Positions 1-9,266 of a stretch of DNA of 64,000 nt are shown here, piece after piece. This DNA comes from an uncultured Planctomycetaceae bacterium (GTDB taxonomy: Bacteria > Planctomycetota > Planctomycetia > Pirellulales > Thermoguttaceae): the NCBI GenBank assembly GCA_963754135.1, contig CAVWEY010000002.1:929043-993042 (forward strand), written 5' to 3'. The position numbers and the translations under genes are program-made. The notes under the pieces were generated by a model that ran no database searches, was not told the DNA's origin, and saw only the letters and a list, made by a program, of their open reading frames with translations. The first letter of the stretch is position 1, and the number at the start of each line of letters is the position of its first letter.

Positions 1-124
1 CATCCGGGCGACACGGCGCTGTCAGAAATATCCAAAAACAGATTCCGAAGTTGACACGCCCCGAATTTGGGTCTACATTTTGGCGGAAGACTATGCAACT
101 CTGAGATTTAGGGAGTCCTTGTCT

Positions 125-1114
125 ATGTTGCGCAGACCTTTTCTCGCGTTGGTCCTATGCGTTTTGGCCTGTCACCCCTGTTTGGGCCAGGAGTGGGCAG
201 TCAAAATGTTCAAGGTGACGGATCACGATTTCGGCTCCGTGGCTCGGGGGGCCAAGGCCGAGTTCCGCTTCGTTTTCGAGAACCTTTACCTCGAAGACAT
301 CCACATCTCCGACGTACGGAGCAGTTGCGGATGCACAACCCCCAGCGTCGAAACCCCACTGCTGAAAACCTACGAGCAGGGGGCGATCCTTGCCCACTTT
401 AACACCGATAAGTTCCTCGGACAGCGGGCCGCAACGCTCACCGTGACCATCGACCGGCCCTTCTACGCCGAAGTCCAACTCGAGATCCGCGGCTACATCC
501 GCGGCGACGTGGTGGTCGAACCGGGTAGTGTCCAGGTAGGCTCGATCGACCAGGGAACTGGGGTCGATCAGACCGTGGCCGTCAACTATGCCGGCCGCGG
601 CGACTGGCAAATCACCGGAGTGAATAGCTCCAACCCGCACATCTCGGCCAGGGCGGTCGAGACCGCCCGCGACAACGGCCAGGTTTCCTACGCCCTCCAG
701 GTCCACATCGACAAGACGGCCCCGGCCGGATACCTCAACGACCACCTGATGCTGGTGACCAACGACGGCAACGCCCAGATTCCCGTGCTGGTTGAAGGGC
801 GGGTCATGGCCGGCATTACCGTCAGCCCAACCGCGCTCTTCATGGGCGTAGTTCAGCCGGGCCAGCAAGTGACCAAGCAGCTTGTCGTCAAGGGCAAGAC
901 GCCGTTCCGCATCCTCTCGATCGCCTGCGACGACAAGTCCTTCAAGTTCGACACCTCGAAGGAGGACTCGCCCAAGGCGCTGCACATGGTCCCCGTGACT
1001 TTCTCGGCCGGGGCCGACGCCGGCAAGATCGTCAAGACCATCCGCATCAAGACCGACCAGGGCGAGATGATGCCCGAACTGGCCGCCTACGCGGTGGTAG
1101 CGGCGGCACAGTAG
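125..1114 (+). CDS. DUF1573 domain-containing secreted protein
   Basis: ORF 80..1114; internal ATG at 125 starts a signal peptide (MLRRPFLALVLCVLACHPCLG). Motifs HDFGSV...F.FEN...SSCGCTTP are typical of the DUF1573 family. Assignment from memory of the motif. Confidence 0.6.
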   Translation: MLRRPFLALVLCVLACHPCLGQEWAVKMFKVTDHDFGSVARGAKAEFRFVFENLYLEDIHISDVRSSCGCTTPSVETPLLKTYEQGAILAHFNTDKFLGQRAATLTVTIDRPFYAEVQLEIRGYIRGDVVVEPGSVQVGSIDQGTGVDQTVAVNYAGRGDWQITGVNSSNPHISARAVETARDNGQVSYALQVHIDKTAPAGYLNDHLMLVTNDGNAQIPVLVEGRVMAGITVSPTALFMGVVQPGQQVTKQLVVKGKTPFRILSIACDDKSFKFDTSKEDSPKALHMVPVTFSAGADAGKIVKTIRIKTDQGEMMPELAAYAVVAAAQ

Positions 1115-1118
1115 CCGA

Positions 1119-2265
1119 TCAGAACTTCTTGCCGTCGACCGGCAGGCCGTCCTTGCGATTGCCCAGCCGCCCGTGGATCTGCGGATCAATCGAATAGTTG
1201 AGCATCTGCACGGACCCATCGCAAAAGGCCATTTGGAAGCCGTTGGCGTGGGCGCTGCCGAAGCCGTTTACGTAGGTCACGCCAGGCGAATCCTGAAGGG
1301 GAGGATAGGGGCTAACGATGATTCCCGTCTGAGGGTCGATCCCGGATAAAGCCGTCCAGCGTATCACGTCGATGTCGTCGCCGATCATGGCCGATTCGTT
1401 GTCGCCGCCGTCGGTTCCCGTGGCATAGCAGTCAGGGTTGAGGTACTTTTCGCCGATCAGGTAAGTGTTGGTCGTTCCGTCCGTGATGTCGGCCAAGGTG
1501 ACGTGGCTGGCGCAGTAGAATACGCCCGTCGACAGTTTAGCTACGCCAGCGAACGTCGCTCGGGCGGAGGTAGTCATCTGATTCGGCGGGGACTCGACAT
1601 CGGTAACGTCTGACGGTCCGCCCTCCTGCCACGCCGCGGGATTGTTCGTATCGCCGCTTACGAACAGATCGCCGGAGTTGCCTGTGTAATCGGAGCGAGC
1701 CACCGTGGTTGGCGTGTTGGCGTTGCAGAAGCCCAAGCCCCCAGTGCCGCTGGAGAGGACGAAGGGGAACGGCCCAGCTTGGCGGCGTGTGGGGCAGGTC
1801 GAGCGCGGCAATCGGCGTTTGCATCCGCCGGCAGTTGGCGGCCAGTTTCTCCGTGCCGTTCCACGGATTGGCGCCCAAGCCGAGGTCGTGCAATGCCGGT
1901 TGCTCGACATAGGGCAGGACGTTGTAGATCCAACCGCCTGGCTGCCGCCAATCGCTGCCGCGGTCGGCGTCGCCGACCCAGCGCCAGCCCCAGCCGTCAC
2001 TCGGCAGTCGGCCGTTGATTTGCTCGTGGTTCAGGCAGCCCAGCGCCAGTTGCTTCAGGTTGTTCTTACATTGCGTCTGTCTGGCGGCCTCGCGGGCGGC
2101 CTGCACCGCCGGCAATAGCAACGCAATCAAAACCCCGATGATCGTGATCACAACCAAAAGCTCCACCAAAGTAAAACCAAATTTGGGATTTGGGATTCGG
2201 GATTTGGGGTTTGAAGGGAGAGACCGCGTGAAGGGACGATGGCGGATAGTAGGGTATACTTCCAT
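1119..2265 (-). CDS. DUF1559 / prepilin-type N-terminal cleavage-methylation domain protein, split between two frames (frameshift near 1.8 kb)
   Basis: N-terminal part in ORF 1537..2265 ([33 protein letters not shown]...[10 protein letters not shown]). C-terminal part in ORF 1119..2000 (VARSDY...[26 protein letters not shown]), matching the intact paralogue at 61593..62636. Confidence 0.6.
2179..2217. repeat. tandem heptamer array (AAATTTG GGATTTG GGATTCG GGATTTG GGGTTTG)
   Basis: Direct reading of the sequence. Lies in the 5' leader region of the DUF1559 ORF, where it encodes ...[14 protein letters not shown]. Same family as the arrays at 2672-2707 and 4804-4867. Confidence 0.7.
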
Positions 2266-2317
2266 AAGTCACCGCCTGAACCGATTTTGACCTTTTTCTG
2301 GTTTTGTGGAGTAGAAC

Positions 2318-2671
2318 ATGGACCGCGACGAACTCCGCAAACGCACCAAGGCCTTTGCCTTGCGAATCATTCGCCTCGTGGCCGCACTGCCGCGAAACCG
2401 CGTGGGCGGCGTCCTCGGACGGCAAGTCCTCAAGTCCGGCACCTCGATCGGCGCAAACTACCGCGAAGCCCTCCGCGCCTCTTCCCGCAAGCACTTCCCC
2501 AGCATCACCGAGATCGTCGTCCGAGAGACCGACGAGACGCTCTACTGGCTGGAACTGCTTACCGAATCGGGCAACGTCAAGCCCTCGCGGTTGACGGGGC
2601 TGATCCAGGAGTGCGGCGAGCTGTTGGCGATCTTTGCCAAGACGGCCAAGTCAGTCCGCCGGCACCCCTGA
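2318..2671 (+). CDS. four-helix-bundle protein (TIGR02436-like, 23S rRNA intervening-sequence type)
   Basis: 117 aa; MDRDELRKRTKAFALRIIRLV...GANYREA...ETLYWLEL matches the family signature from memory. Flanked on both sides by the heptamer arrays. Confidence 0.7.
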   Translation: MDRDELRKRTKAFALRIIRLVAALPRNRVGGVLGRQVLKSGTSIGANYREALRASSRKHFPSITEIVVRETDETLYWLELLTESGNVKPSRLTGLIQECGELLAIFAKTAKSVRRHP

Positions 2672-2707
2672 ACCCAATCCCAAATCAAATCAACAAATCC
2701 CAAATCC
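2672..2707. repeat. heptamer array in inverted orientation (AATCCCA AATCAAA TCAACAA ATCCCAA ATCC)
   Basis: Reverse-complement orientation of the 2179-2217 array. Sits exactly between the stop codons of the convergent four-helix-bundle and PEP-CTERM genes. Confidence 0.65.
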
Positions 2708-2708
2708 T

Positions 2709-3503
2709 TTACCTCCGTTTCCGCCAGGCGTAGCAGAGCAGGCCAACCAGGCCCGCGGCCAGCAGCGCCAACGTGGACGGCTCGGGGACGTAGGTGAGCT
2801 GGTAGAAGTCGAAGTCGGCCTTGTTCTGGGTCGTGTTCGGAACGGACCAGTCCTTGGTAAGTAGCGCGATCTCTAGGTTCCCGCTCACCTTCCCATTCGG
2901 CAGCCAACTGTCGGGTTCGGTGCCCACCAGGGTCCACGAGTCCGCCGCGTTCACCTTATAGTAATACGACCACGTCTTGTTAGTGCCGTCGCGGTATATT
3001 TCGAGATAGGCCGCGTCGCCCGGGACAGACGCGGAAGGTCCGTCGGTACCCGGTTTCTGTACCTGAACCGAGCTCGAAAAGTTCAGATCAGCGCACATGA
3101 AGGTACACGCGTCCGGGTAGGTGGACAAGACATTTCCCGTGTCGATCACCATCAGGCCACACGCCAAATAAGGAAAAGCCCCCCCGCTGTTTGAGGTGGC
3201 CTTGTCGCAACGCGTCTCGACGTAAAAGCTGGCAGTGGGACTGATTACCGAGTCGCTGAGCAAATATGGCGCCCCGTCACGGTTATTGAGCCAGTAATCC
3301 TCCGAATTGACAGTGCTCATCTGGACCTCAAACCAGCCCGATCTTGCCGTCAGGCTATAGGCGCACTGCCCGTTTGAGTCTTGCCATGACCAAGCCGGGT
3401 TCATGGTGCCGTTGCTGAAATCGTCGTACAAGATTTCCGCGGACGCCACAGTCGCGATCCCGAACACCAAGGCAAACACCGGAAAAACTAACATCCGACA
3501 CAT
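2709..3503 (-). CDS. PEP-CTERM sorting-domain secreted protein
   Basis: N-terminal signal peptide. C-terminus ...VPEPSTLALLAAGLVGLLCYAWRKRR is the canonical PEP-CTERM motif plus TM segment plus basic tail. Confidence 0.7.
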   Translation of the reverse strand: MCRMLVFPVFALVFGIATVASAEILYDDFSNGTMNPAWSWQDSNGQCAYSLTARSGWFEVQMSTVNSEDYWLNNRDGAPYLLSDSVISPTASFYVETRCDKATSNSGGAFPYLACGLMVIDTGNVLSTYPDACTFMCADLNFSSSVQVQKPGTDGPSASVPGDAAYLEIYRDGTNKTWSYYYKVNAADSWTLVGTEPDSWLPNGKVSGNLEIALLTKDWSVPNTTQNKADFDFYQLTYVPEPSTLALLAAGLVGLLCYAWRKRR

Positions 3504-3924
3504 GATATCTCTCCCGGGCTGATAGCCCTTCTAGGAACGCAAAAACACTGGAGTTTTCGCCCGCGGACCATCCGCGGGCCGGACTAACCTCGCACTCTTC
3601 TTTCCGTTTGACAATCTGCCGCCCCGGCCGGCGGAGCGGCCCGCGCATCGCGGGCGGTGAGTAACTTCAACTCAGGGTTGCTTGTCGGCAGGTCCTCCCT
3701 GTTGGGCGTTCTTGCCAGTTTCCGCCGCGGGCAACGGAGTCACGCGGTAGTAACCGAAGCCGGCTTTTGCCATCGGGCAATGGTAGTCGCGGGTCTTGGC
3801 GACCAGCCCTAATTGCTAGTTCCGGCCGTGCGCCTGCCATAGCCGCCCGTGCAGCGACGATCGGCCGCGGCGATCATCGGCCGCGGCGGTTGTGGACGGC
3901 ATCGTCTACGATGCGGGTTTCATT

Positions 3925-5511
3925 TTACACCTCCTTCCTTGGCTTCCCCCGGCTTGGGCTGGGCGGCCCCCCTCCACTTGCCGGCTCGGGCCGCGCCCGC
4001 CCTCCTGTCACGCATGTCCCTTCCAGTTCGGCGAGGAATCCCATAGGGCTTGCGCCGCCGCCCCGTCCCAACTGCTGCCCGTTAAGCACGTCGAACTCCA
4101 GCACGTTGGCCCCTTCGACGAAGCCCTCCCTGATCCAGAAGGTCTTGTAGCGGTCGAGGAAGTCGCCGTCTTGCCACGGCGGCGCCTGCACCGGCTTGCC
4201 GTTGATACGGATAGCGATGACATGGTCGTCAGCGACAAACCAACCGCGCATCACGGCCGTCTCCAGCCGCGCGTCCGCAAGCTCGAACGTGGTGCGAAAG
4301 GTGTAGACGACCCCGTCCGGCACCTCGGGCGGGCCGTTCGCCAGCGAAATCCACTGCGACCGGCGCGGCTCATTCTCAAGCCAAACCACGCGTTCCCAGC
4401 CCGTCCCCCTACTCGTCACCACCGCGAGTCGGGCTTTGAAATGCGGGTCGTCGCTACGAGCGACGATCTGCCAATGCGGGTCGGGGGCGCCCTCCTTCAG
4501 TCCGATGCCCGTGTTGAATACCGCGATCGGACGTCTGCCTGGCATCGCCCGCACATAGACCATCGCCTTGGATTGTTCTCTGCCGTGCAGCACCCTTACC
4601 GCGGACTCCCCGCCGGCCTCCACCACCGCCGACTCACCGGCACCGAGGAGAGATGGGCGGCCGCTCGCATCGCCGCCGGCAAGCCGCAGTCTCACCCTGC
4701 CCTGGAAGACGTGCGACCGGGTGGCCCCGCTCTGGTCCACTTCGACCCCGAACTCCGTGCCCAAATCGGTCACCACGGCGGTGGGAGTCTTGACGACAAA
4801 CAAGGGATTAGGGATTAGAGATTGGGGATTGGGGGCTTCGGATTTCGGATTTCGGACTTCGGATTTCTCCACTCTTGCCGTCAGCTTGCCCAACGCGAGG
4901 AAGCCGCCGGCGGCAGAGTCGACTTCGTAAGTGCAGGGGCCTTGGAGGATGACCTTCGCTCCACTGGCGTAGGCAATTTCCATCAGGCCGGAGTTGAGGA
5001 CATACTTGTGGCCCAAGGTGACGGCGGCCGCGGGAGCGGCGTCCGTGCCGGCCCAGCGGCAATCCACCATGCCGGTAATCCGGCCGACGCACTGCTGTTC
5101 CGAAGAGGCGTCTTCTCCGGCGGCTCGCTCTCCGGCGACTGTTAGCCGCCGGCTATCGTCCGGCCAGGTCTGCGGCTCGAGCGAGACGTAGCAGAAAGAA
5201 CTGACTACCGCCGCAACGCAGAATATCGCCGTGGCGATCAGGTACGACAGCGGCCCGACCTGGGCGAAGTACGCCACCGTCCCCTGCCAGGCGCCGGCAA
5301 CAAAGCTCGGAACGGGGGTTTGCCGTGGGCGCGGCAGTTCCACTGCCGCGTCGGCCAAGGCGAGGTGCAGATCGACGTATTGAACGTAGAAGCTTCGGGC
5401 GGCCGGGTCCTCGCGCAGCCGCTGGGCCAGGTGTTGCTCTTCCTCGGCGGTGATGTTGCCGTTGCAAAGCGCGCCAAGGAGTTCCAGCAAGTGGCCGTCC
5501 TGCAAAGTCAT
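3925..5511 (-). CDS. FecR-family anti-sigma factor (membrane-spanning)
   Basis: Start reassigned to the ATG (MTLQDGHLLELLGALCNGNITAEEEQHLAQRL) whose A overlaps the sigma-factor stop (ATGA, 4-nt overlap). Has a TM segment and FecR-domain motifs (...VVTDLGTEFGVEV...). The upstream part of ORF 3925..5706 is antisense to the sigma gene. Confidence 0.75.
   Translation of the reverse strand: MTLQDGHLLELLGALCNGNITAEEEQHLAQRLREDPAARSFYVQYVDLHLALADAAVELPRPRQTPVPSFVAGAWQGTVAYFAQVGPLSYLIATAIFCVAAVVSSFCYVSLEPQTWPDDSRRLTVAGERAAGEDASSEQQCVGRITGMVDCRWAGTDAAPAAAVTLGHKYVLNSGLMEIAYASGAKVILQGPCTYEVDSAAGGFLALGKLTARVEKSEVRNPKSEAPNPQSLIPNPLFVVKTPTAVVTDLGTEFGVEVDQSGATRSHVFQGRVRLRLAGGDASGRPSLLGAGESAVVEAGGESAVRVLHGREQSKAMVYVRAMPGRRPIAVFNTGIGLKEGAPDPHWQIVARSDDPHFKARLAVVTSRGTGWERVVWLENEPRRSQWISLANGPPEVPDGVVYTFRTTFELADARLETAVMRGWFVADDHVIAIRINGKPVQAPPWQDGDFLDRYKTFWIREGFVEGANVLEFDVLNGQQLGRGGGASPMGFLAELEGTCVTGGRARPEPASGGGPPSPSRGKPRKEV
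4804..4867. repeat. 9 x heptamer array (GGGATTA x2, GAGATTG, GGGATTG, GGGGCTT, CGGATTT x2, CGGACTT, CGGATTT) = 63 bp, in frame inside the anti-sigma gene
   Basis: Direct reading. Encodes KSEVRNPKSEAPNPQSLIPNP, inserted between ...ARVEKS and VVKTPTAVVTDLGTEF of the FecR domain. Confidence 0.7.
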
Positions 5512-6089
5512 GTCCCCTTTTTCGCCTCCTCGCGCCGCTTGGCCCGCCCGACGCAATCCATCAGCGCCTTGCGGATGCGGTTCATTGCCTTGTAGACGGT
5601 GTTGACGGGCCGGCCGGATTGCTCGGCGACCGCCTTGATGCTGAGCGCGCCGGCGAAGCACTGTCGGATCAGTTCGCGGTCTGCCGGAGCCAGCTCCCGC
5701 ACGCACCCAGCCAACAGGATGCGCTGCTGGTCGAGCAATTCCTGGTCGGCCAAGCGGGTGGCGGCGATGGCCTCGATGAGGTCATCCGTCCAGAAGCGGA
5801 GGCGGCTTCGCGCCGCTTTCTTGCGGAAATCCCGCACTTTGTTGTAAGCGACTTGGCTGGCCCAGGCGAAGAAGCTGGTCCCGGCCGAAAACTCGGTGTA
5901 CTTCTGCCAGAGGATGACGCTCGTGTCTTGCAGGATGTCGTCCGCGTCGGCATGGCTGGGGACCAGCGTGAAGATGAACTTGAAGAGTTCCCGCTGGTGT
6001 TCGGAGAAGAGCCTGATGAAGTCCTCGGTCCCCGTCGGCGGGTCGCTGACGGAGAAGAGCTCACCGGCGGCTGGGTCGTGCATTTCCAT
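5508..6089 (-). CDS. ECF (sigma-70 family) RNA polymerase sigma factor
   Basis: 193 aa with sigma-70 region 2 and region 4 motifs (ILQDTSVILWQKY..., ...SIKAVAEQSGRPVNTVYKAMNRIRKAL). Stop overlaps the anti-sigma start. Confidence 0.85.
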   Translation of the reverse strand: MEMHDPAAGELFSVSDPPTGTEDFIRLFSEHQRELFKFIFTLVPSHADADDILQDTSVILWQKYTEFSAGTSFFAWASQVAYNKVRDFRKKAARSRLRFWTDDLIEAIAATRLADQELLDQQRILLAGCVRELAPADRELIRQCFAGALSIKAVAEQSGRPVNTVYKAMNRIRKALMDCVGRAKRREEAKKGT

Positions 6090-6421
6090 GTTCCCACCGC
6101 GCGGTGGTTGGGCTCACCGAGTCTCGGCTGCTGCTTAACTATAGATGGCCGCTGGATCGGGAATTGGTATCGGAAACCGCGCGATTTGGAACGAGAACCG
6201 CGATTCGACAAGAAATCCGGATTCCGCCACCGCCCCCGATCTTACAGACGGTGAAAGCCCCTGAGTAGACAGGCTTTCCGCAATCTGTTGAAGCGTCACG
6301 AGTTATGGCCGGCGGCCGTCGATGCCCGGTGGAGTAGAATTGCCGCCCGATCATCCAAACCAAGAACGACAGGGGACTGCCGCCTCGTCTTCCTCGCCAT
6401 CGAATGCAGGCGGCTTTGTGT

Positions 6422-7759
6422 TCACAGGATAAACTTGCTCAAATCCTCGTCCTCGGTCAGTTCGGCCAGTCGCTCTCTGACGTAGGCGGAGTCGATGGCC
6501 ACGCGGCCGCGTTTCATGTCGGGGGCCTCGAAACTCAGGTCTTCCAGCAGCCGCTCCATGATCGTGTAGAGCCGCCGGGCGCCGATGTTCTGCGTCGTTT
6601 GGTTCACCTGGAAGGCGAACTCGGCCAGGGTCTCGACGGCGTCGTCCTGGAAGCTCAACTCGACGCCTTCCGTGGCCAACAGGGCCTCGTACTGCTTCGT
6701 CAGTGCCCCTTTCGGCTCCTTCAGAATGCGGACGAAATCGTCTTTCCCGAGGGCCTTCAACTCGACGCGGATGGGGAAGCGGCCTTGCAGTTCCGGCATG
6801 AGGTCGCTCGGTTTGGCCCGATGAAACGCCCCCGCCGCGATGAAGAGCACGTGGTCGGTCCGCACGTAGCCGTAGCGGGTCTGCACGGTGGTCCCCTCGA
6901 CGATCGGCAGCAGGTCGCGCTGCACGCCCTGACGCGAGACGTCGGCCCCGTGCGTTTGCTCGCTGGCCACGATCTTGTCCAGTTCATCGACGAAGATGAT
7001 GCCCACGTTTTCGGCCAATTCGATGGCGGCGGCGTTGACTTTCTCCTGATTGATCAGGGCGTCGCACTCTTGCTCAAAGAGGACCTCGCGGGCCTCGGCG
7101 ACGGTCAGTTCCCGCCGGCTGGTGTGCTTGGGCAGAATCTTCTCGAACATGCCGTGCAGGTCGATGTCCATCTGCTCCATACCCACGCCGGTGAGCATCA
7201 TGGGCACGGCCCGCTGCTCGACGGTCAACTCGACGCGGCGCTGTTCCATTTCGCCGCCGGCCAGCATCGCCCGCATCTTCTCCCGCGTCCGCTCGTAGCG
7301 TTCGGGTGAGTCGGGGCTGCCGGGCATGGCGTCGAAAGCGGGGGGCTGCGGGGCCAAAAGGTCGACCAGCCGCTCGGTCACCCGCCGCTTCGCCTCCGCC
7401 TCGACGTTCTCCCGCTCCTGGGCGCGGACCAGGCCGATGGCGTTCTCGACCAACTCGCGGATCATGCTCTCCACGTCGCGGCCGTAGTAACCGACCTCGG
7501 TATACCGCGTGGCCTCGATCTTAATAAACGGGGCGCCGGTGAGCTTGGCCAGCCGCCGGGCGATCTCGGTCTTGCCCACGCCCGTCGGCCCGATCATCAT
7601 AATGTTCTTGGGTGCCACCTCCTGGCGCATGTCGCCCTGGAGTTGCTGGCGGCGCCAGCGGTTGCGGATGGCCACGGCCACCGCCCGCTTCGCCGCGTCC
7701 TGGCCCACAATGTGCCGGTCGAGCTCTTCTACGATTTGCCGGGGCGTCAGGTCTCGCAC
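6422..7759 (-). CDS. hslU: ATP-dependent protease ATPase subunit HslU
   Basis: Start reassigned to GTG ([20 protein letters not shown], cf. E. coli [20 protein letters not shown]). Walker [21 protein letters not shown]. 445 aa. Overlaps the hslV stop by 13 nt. The upstream 240 codons of ORF 6422..8473 are antisense to hslV. Confidence 0.9.
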   Translation of the reverse strand: MRDLTPRQIVEELDRHIVGQDAAKRAVAVAIRNRWRRQQLQGDMRQEVAPKNIMMIGPTGVGKTEIARRLAKLTGAPFIKIEATRYTEVGYYGRDVESMIRELVENAIGLVRAQERENVEAEAKRRVTERLVDLLAPQPPAFDAMPGSPDSPERYERTREKMRAMLAGGEMEQRRVELTVEQRAVPMMLTGVGMEQMDIDLHGMFEKILPKHTSRRELTVAEAREVLFEQECDALINQEKVNAAAIELAENVGIIFVDELDKIVASEQTHGADVSRQGVQRDLLPIVEGTTVQTRYGYVRTDHVLFIAAGAFHRAKPSDLMPELQGRFPIRVELKALGKDDFVRILKEPKGALTKQYEALLATEGVELSFQDDAVETLAEFAFQVNQTTQNIGARRLYTIMERLLEDLSFEAPDMKRGRVAIDSAYVRERLAELTEDEDLSKFIL

Positions 7760-8289
7760 GCCATTTCCTCCACAATGATGTTCGTATTCGTGTACACGTC
7801 GATCCCCGCGGCGATCGTCAAGGCGGTTCGCACGATCTCGACCGCCGAGAGGTTGGCGTGGGCGATCAGGGCGCGGGCGGCGGCCACGGCGAAATTGCCC
7901 CCCGAGCCGATCCCCAACACCCCATCGCTGGGCTGCACCACGTCGCCGTTGCCGGTTACCAGCAAGGTGTAGCGGGCGTCGGCCACGGCCATCATCGCCT
8001 CCAGCCGCCGCAGCACCCGGTCGGTCCGCCACTCCTTGGCCAGCTCCGTGGCCGCGCGGGGCACGTTCGAGGGATAATCCTTCAGTTTGGCCTCGAAGCG
8101 TTCCAGCAGGGCGAAGGCGTCGGCCGTGGCGCCGGCGAAACCGGTCATCACCTTGCCGTCCAGGAGGCGGCGGATTTTGTTCACGTCGGCCTTCATAATC
8201 GTGTTGGCCACGGTCACCTGTCCGTCGCCGCCCATGGCGACCACCCCCCGGTGGCGGACGGTCAGGATGGTTGTCGAGTGGGTTTTCAT
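7747..8289 (-). CDS. hslV: ATP-dependent protease subunit HslV
   Basis: Start at [26 protein letters not shown] (catalytic Thr after Met). 181 aa. The ORF-track N-terminal extension lacks homology. Confidence 0.9.
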   Translation of the reverse strand: MKTHSTTILTVRHRGVVAMGGDGQVTVANTIMKADVNKIRRLLDGKVMTGFAGATADAFALLERFEAKLKDYPSNVPRAATELAKEWRTDRVLRRLEAMMAVADARYTLLVTGNGDVVQPSDGVLGIGSGGNFAVAAARALIAHANLSAVEIVRTALTIAAGIDVYTNTNIIVEEMACET

Positions 8290-8500
8290 GCGTGGACGCT
8301 CCCTTGACGGACTCCCGGCAGTTTTCAGCCACCAATATGGCGGAAATCCGCCGATGGTGCCAGGGGGCCAACGCACCCAACAGAAAAGGCCGGCCCCCTG
8401 AGGAGGCCGGCCCGGCTTGGCTATCGTCCGTGTACTGCTCACGCTCCGCGCGAGGAAGCTGGGCGTTACACAAAGCGTGACGAACACCTGATCGCGGCGT

Positions 8501-9001
8501 CTAGTCGCCTCCCGACCTGCGGCCGCGGCGTCCGCCCCGATCCTTCACTTGCTGCTTCTGGTCGTCCGTCAGGATGGACATGGCCTTCTCGCGGACTTCC
8601 TTGGCCAAGGCGGCGGCTTCCTTGCGGATGTCCGCCAGCTTGGTCTTCTGGTCGTCGGTGAGCTTCATCGCCGCCCGGCCGGCTTCCATAACGTCCCTGC
8701 GGCCCTTTCCGGCGTCCTTGGCGGCCTTGGCAGCCTCGTCGCGGGCTTTCTTCTGGTCCGCGGTAATGACGCCCTCACGCTTTTCCTCCAGGGCCTTGAA
8801 CTTGGGAGCATACTCCTTCTCGATCTCCTCCACTTTGGCCTTCTGGTCGTCGGAGAGGTTCAGTCCTCTGAGGAATTCAAGTCCCTGCACCACCTGCTGG
8901 CGGTTCCTGCTCTCTCGTGGCGTCTTCTCGTCGGCCGCCAACAGACTGCCGACCAGCGCCAGCGACACGGCCAAGGCCAACATGGCACTCACAACTCTCA
9001 T
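8501..9001 (-). CDS. periplasmic Spy/CpxP-like protein with repeated L(S/T)DDQK (LTXXQ) motifs
   Basis: Signal peptide [22 protein letters not shown], then four LTDDQK / LSDDQK motifs in a Lys/Glu-rich helical protein. Start set at the signal-peptide Met by ORF-track arithmetic (+/-1 nt uncertainty). Confidence 0.5.
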   Translation of the reverse strand: MRVVSAMLALAVSLALVGSLLAADEKTPRESRNRQQVVQGLEFLRGLNLSDDQKAKVEEIEKEYAPKFKALEEKREGVITADQKKARDEAAKAAKDAGKGRRDVMEAGRAAMKLTDDQKTKLADIRKEAAALAKEVREKAMSILTDDQKQQVKDRGGRRGRRSGGD

Positions 9002-9266
9002 GTTACGTCTCCTTTGATCCAAAGCTAACGGTGAAACAACCGACGGGGCGGCTGCTTGTCCTCGCCGGACAATCCGACAGCGGCCCGCGAATGCGACGAC
9101 ACGGGCAACTGACGTGCCGATACCGCCACAAGGGGGTGTGCCCGGACGGGCTTCCACTCTATCGTAGCACCTGATTAACTATATGAACACCGTCCAGGGC
9201 CGGCGGTTCCGGCGGATGTAGGAGTCGCCTCCTACAGCCCCACGGCCGACTTCTTCAACGGCCACG

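Noticed and set aside
155-1219. Long antisense ORFs opposite real genes (for example 155..1219, 6404..7309, 20827..21963, 26200..26979, 26586..27485, 26777..28342, 33765..34769, 34040..34945, 38349..39989, 41242..42201, 41777..42712, 49520..50836, 51987..53408, 57913..58902)
   Set aside because: Typical of more than 65% GC DNA. Their translations are Arg/Ala/Gly/Pro-rich low-complexity sequences with no motifs, and the opposite-strand ORF has clear family signatures in each case.
6090-6421. 330-bp gap between the ECF sigma gene and hslU as a candidate ncRNA locus
   Set aside because: Contains only a plausible promoter for the sigma gene and no conserved hairpins or repeat structure; nothing to support an RNA gene.
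8941-9030. Apparent extra frameshift in the Spy-like gene when I translated the printed bases by hand
   Set aside because: Three independent ORFs in the supplied track agree with each other and with downstream coordinates. The discrepancy is most likely my own misreading of a base, so I trusted the ORF track and derived coordinates arithmetically. Exact positions near here carry +/-1 nt uncertainty.
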